DNA of 52,962 bases, filler included, from Circinaria calcarea (taxonomy: Eukaryota), in assembly GCA_051942165.1 (NCBI GenBank). It is 4 parts of 4 records of this genome, joined end to end, with 100 filler letters (N's around TTAATTAATTAA, not from the genome) between each part and the next. Parts side by side here need not be neighbours in the genome. Positions count along the whole stretch, not along the records: positions 39,822 to 52,962 come from JAVECS010000523.1; 3 more parts are not named here. The stretch is one strand, 5' to 3'. A program made the position numbers and the translations under genes. Below are positions 50,528 to 52,962 of this stretch, piece after piece. Position 1 is the first letter of the stretch. Each line of letters begins with the position of its first letter. The notes under the pieces were generated by a model. The model was not told where the DNA came from, searched no databases, and was given only the letters and a program-made list of their open reading frames with translations.

Positions 50528-52962
50528 ATGGCGCGTCGAAAGGACCTCAGTGGAAGCCGCGAAGGTCTCCTACGATCAAACAATGTAATACCCCTACGAC
50601 GCTCCTTGGAGGAAGCATACAGATCATCGTCCGAGGATGAAGAGCTCGACGAATTAGAATTGCTGCAGGAAGGGGGAACTTCACAGTACAAAAGTCGTAC
50701 ACGCTATCGAGATGAAGCCAATGGCCTGAATACCCCAACCTCCGCCTATGAGAAAGCTACAGATATGCGAGGCAAAGCCAGATCACCCTTGAGGCGCATT
50801 GGAAGGGCCTGCCGGCCAAGCCGGACGTGTCTCATTGTCACCTTCATCATGCTTGCCGGACTGATTGCACTGCTGTCAGGCTCGGGCTACTGGGTCTATA
50901 AGAATGCTCCGGTAGACGGGGTAAGTTGGTACCCCTGGATCCTAGATGGCATTCGGACTAATGACAGTATAGCAATCACCACCTTGGTATCCATCACCTC
51001 GCGGAGGGACTCTTAATTCATGGCGAGAAAGCTACGAGAAGGCAGAGGCCATGGTCAAGAAGATGAGCTTGCTGGAAAAAGTCAACGTTACCACGGGTGT
51101 TGGGTGGTCTCAGGATTTGTGCGTAGGAAACACCGGACCCGCGAGCAGCGTTGGATTTCCTTCCTTGTGCCTGCAAGACGGTCCCCTAGGTATTCGCTTT
51201 GCAGATCACAGCACGGCGTTCCCGGCCGCTCTCACAGTTGGCGCAACATGGAACAAAGATCTCATGTACAAGAGAGGGAGAGCACATGGACTCGAAGCAA
51301 AGCTGAAGGGTATAAATGTACTTTTGGGTCCGTCAATGGGCCCAATAGGACGCATGCCTGCTGGTGGTCGAAATTGGGAAGGGTTTGGATCTGATCCAGT
51401 GTTACAAGCTGTTGGCGCATCTGAGACCATTAAAGGAATACAAGATGAAGGGGTTATGGCAACGGCCAAACACTACATCGCGAATGAGCAAGAACACTTC
51501 CGGCAGGCCTTTGAATGGGGTCTTCCGAATGCCATGTCTTCTAATATTGACGACCGGACACTTCATGAGCTGTACCTTTGGCCGTTTGCCGAGAGCATCA
51601 AGGTTGGTGTGGCCGCTGTCATGTGCAGCTATAATATGGTCAATAATTCATATGCGTGTGGGAACAGTAAATTACTTAACGGTATCCTTAAGGATGAATT
51701 AGGTTTTCAAGGATTCGTGCAATCAGACTGGCTGGCTCAGCGCAGTGGAGTTGCTAGCGCATTAGCTGGACTTGACATGACTATGCCAGGGGATGGTCTA
51801 CGATGGCTTGATGGGAACTCATTATTTGGTCCTTCTCTCACTATGGCAATCCTGAATGGGTCCTTGCCAACGGAGAGAATTCAAGACATGGCTACTCGCA
51901 TTATAGCTGCATGGTATCGACTTGGCCAAGACGACAAGAGCCGCTGGCCAGCTCCACCACCAGAAGGTGAAGGCGGTCCAAACTTCTCGTCCTGGACGAA
52001 TGACGAAGTTGGATTGATTCATCAAGGGAGCGATGACAAGACTACAGCCGTGGTCAATAAGTTTGTTGACGTCCAAGGGGAGGGCGAGAACTTCCACGGG
52101 AGATTGGCTCAGAAAATTGCTGCAGAAGGAACTGTGCTTGTCAAAAATGAAGATAACATTCTCCCTTTGAGTCGCCAAGGTTGGTCTAGCCAGGAGAAGC
52201 CAGAAGGCGATGTCAAATATCGCGTTGGCGTCTTCGGCGAGGATGCAGGACCTGGTAAAGGGCCAAATGTATGTCCAGATAGAGGATGTAACCAAGGTAC
52301 CCTTGCGTCCGGATGGGGCAGCGGGGCTGCTGACTTTCCCTACCTTGTCACTCCATTGAAGGCCTTGGAATCCGCCTTCGACTTTAGCAAAGTACATCTG
52401 ACCAGTTATCTCACCAACACGCCTTCGATCAAAACGACCCCATCAATTGTCGAAGATCAAGAGTTGTGCATTGTCTTTATCAATTCTGATGGTGGTGAGG
52501 GCTACATTGCTTCTGATGGCATCCAAGGCGACCGAAATGACTTGCATCCGCAAAAAGGTGGTGACGACCTTGTCAAAGGAGTAGCAGCTGGTTGTGGAAA
52601 AGGTAAAGGTAGCACTATTGTTGTCGTCCATGCAATTGGTCCAGTGATTGTGGAGGAGTGGGTGGATATACTGGGAGTCAAGGCGGTGCTACTTGCTAAT
52701 TTGCCAGGGAAGGAGAGCGGCAACGCTCTTGTCGATGTTCTCTTTGGAGATGTGGATGCTAGTGGACGGCTACCATATACTGTCGGCAAGTCTCTCGACG
52801 ACTATGGCGAGGGCGGGAAAATACTATACTATCCCAATGCGGTTATCCCTCAACAGGATTTTAAAGAGGGTCCATACATTGACTACCGTCATTTCGATAA
52901 GTATAATATCACGCCTCGCTATGAGTTCGGATTTGGACTTTCATACACCAAATTTGAATTCT
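50528..52962 (+). CDS. bglE: GH3 beta-glucosidase with N-terminal cytosolic tail and TM anchor (BglE type), runs off the window
   Basis: Exon 50528-50920 has TM helix CLIVTFIMLAGLIALLSGSGYWVY. Intron 50921-50972 leads to QSPPWYPSPRGG, EKVNVTTG, CLQDGPLGIR, GGRNWEGFGSDP, KHYIANEQEHFR, MCSYN, nucleophile motif GFVQSDW, GLDMTMPGDG and PRYEFGFGLSYT. Confidence 0.92.

Overview
Eukaryotic DNA from a filamentous ascomycete (Pezizomycotina-type genes with short GT-AG introns and CTAAC/CTGAC branch sites), not a prokaryotic locus. Three identical 100-nt spacers (N44-TTAATTAATTAA-N44) cut the window into four segments of 13217, 13152, 13152 and 13141 bp. These lengths descend and genes are truncated at the spacers, so the segments look like unrelated contigs joined in size order. 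Segment 1: simple-repeat end, glycogen phosphorylase, group III G-alpha (GanB/GpaB type), HOG1/SakA MAPK and AVL9. Segment 2: 3' part of the NimA kinase, then about 11.5 kb with no intact gene but with stop-riddled minus-strand relics (a putative dioxygenase-family pseudogene, a DUF3716-like Cys-cluster gene, an orphan intron), probably a decayed, possibly RIP-mutated multi-gene element. Segment 3: housekeeping genes PAN1, eIF3m, a CCX-type Na/Ca exchanger and condensin kleisin Cnd2/Brn1. Segment 4 is accessory-looking: a DUF6924-like gene, a secreted NucA/NucB-like nuclease hidden by a one-base frameshift, a tandem double retropepsin-like protease with an N-terminal Est1/SMG7-like fragment and an N/S/G-rich tail, head-to-head with a DUF6594 membrane-protein gene, a zinc finger-DUF3237 fusion and a membrane-anchored GH3 beta-glucosidase. 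The protease/DUF6594 pair is the best candidate for an undescribed system. All family calls come from motif recognition by eye, with no database searches.
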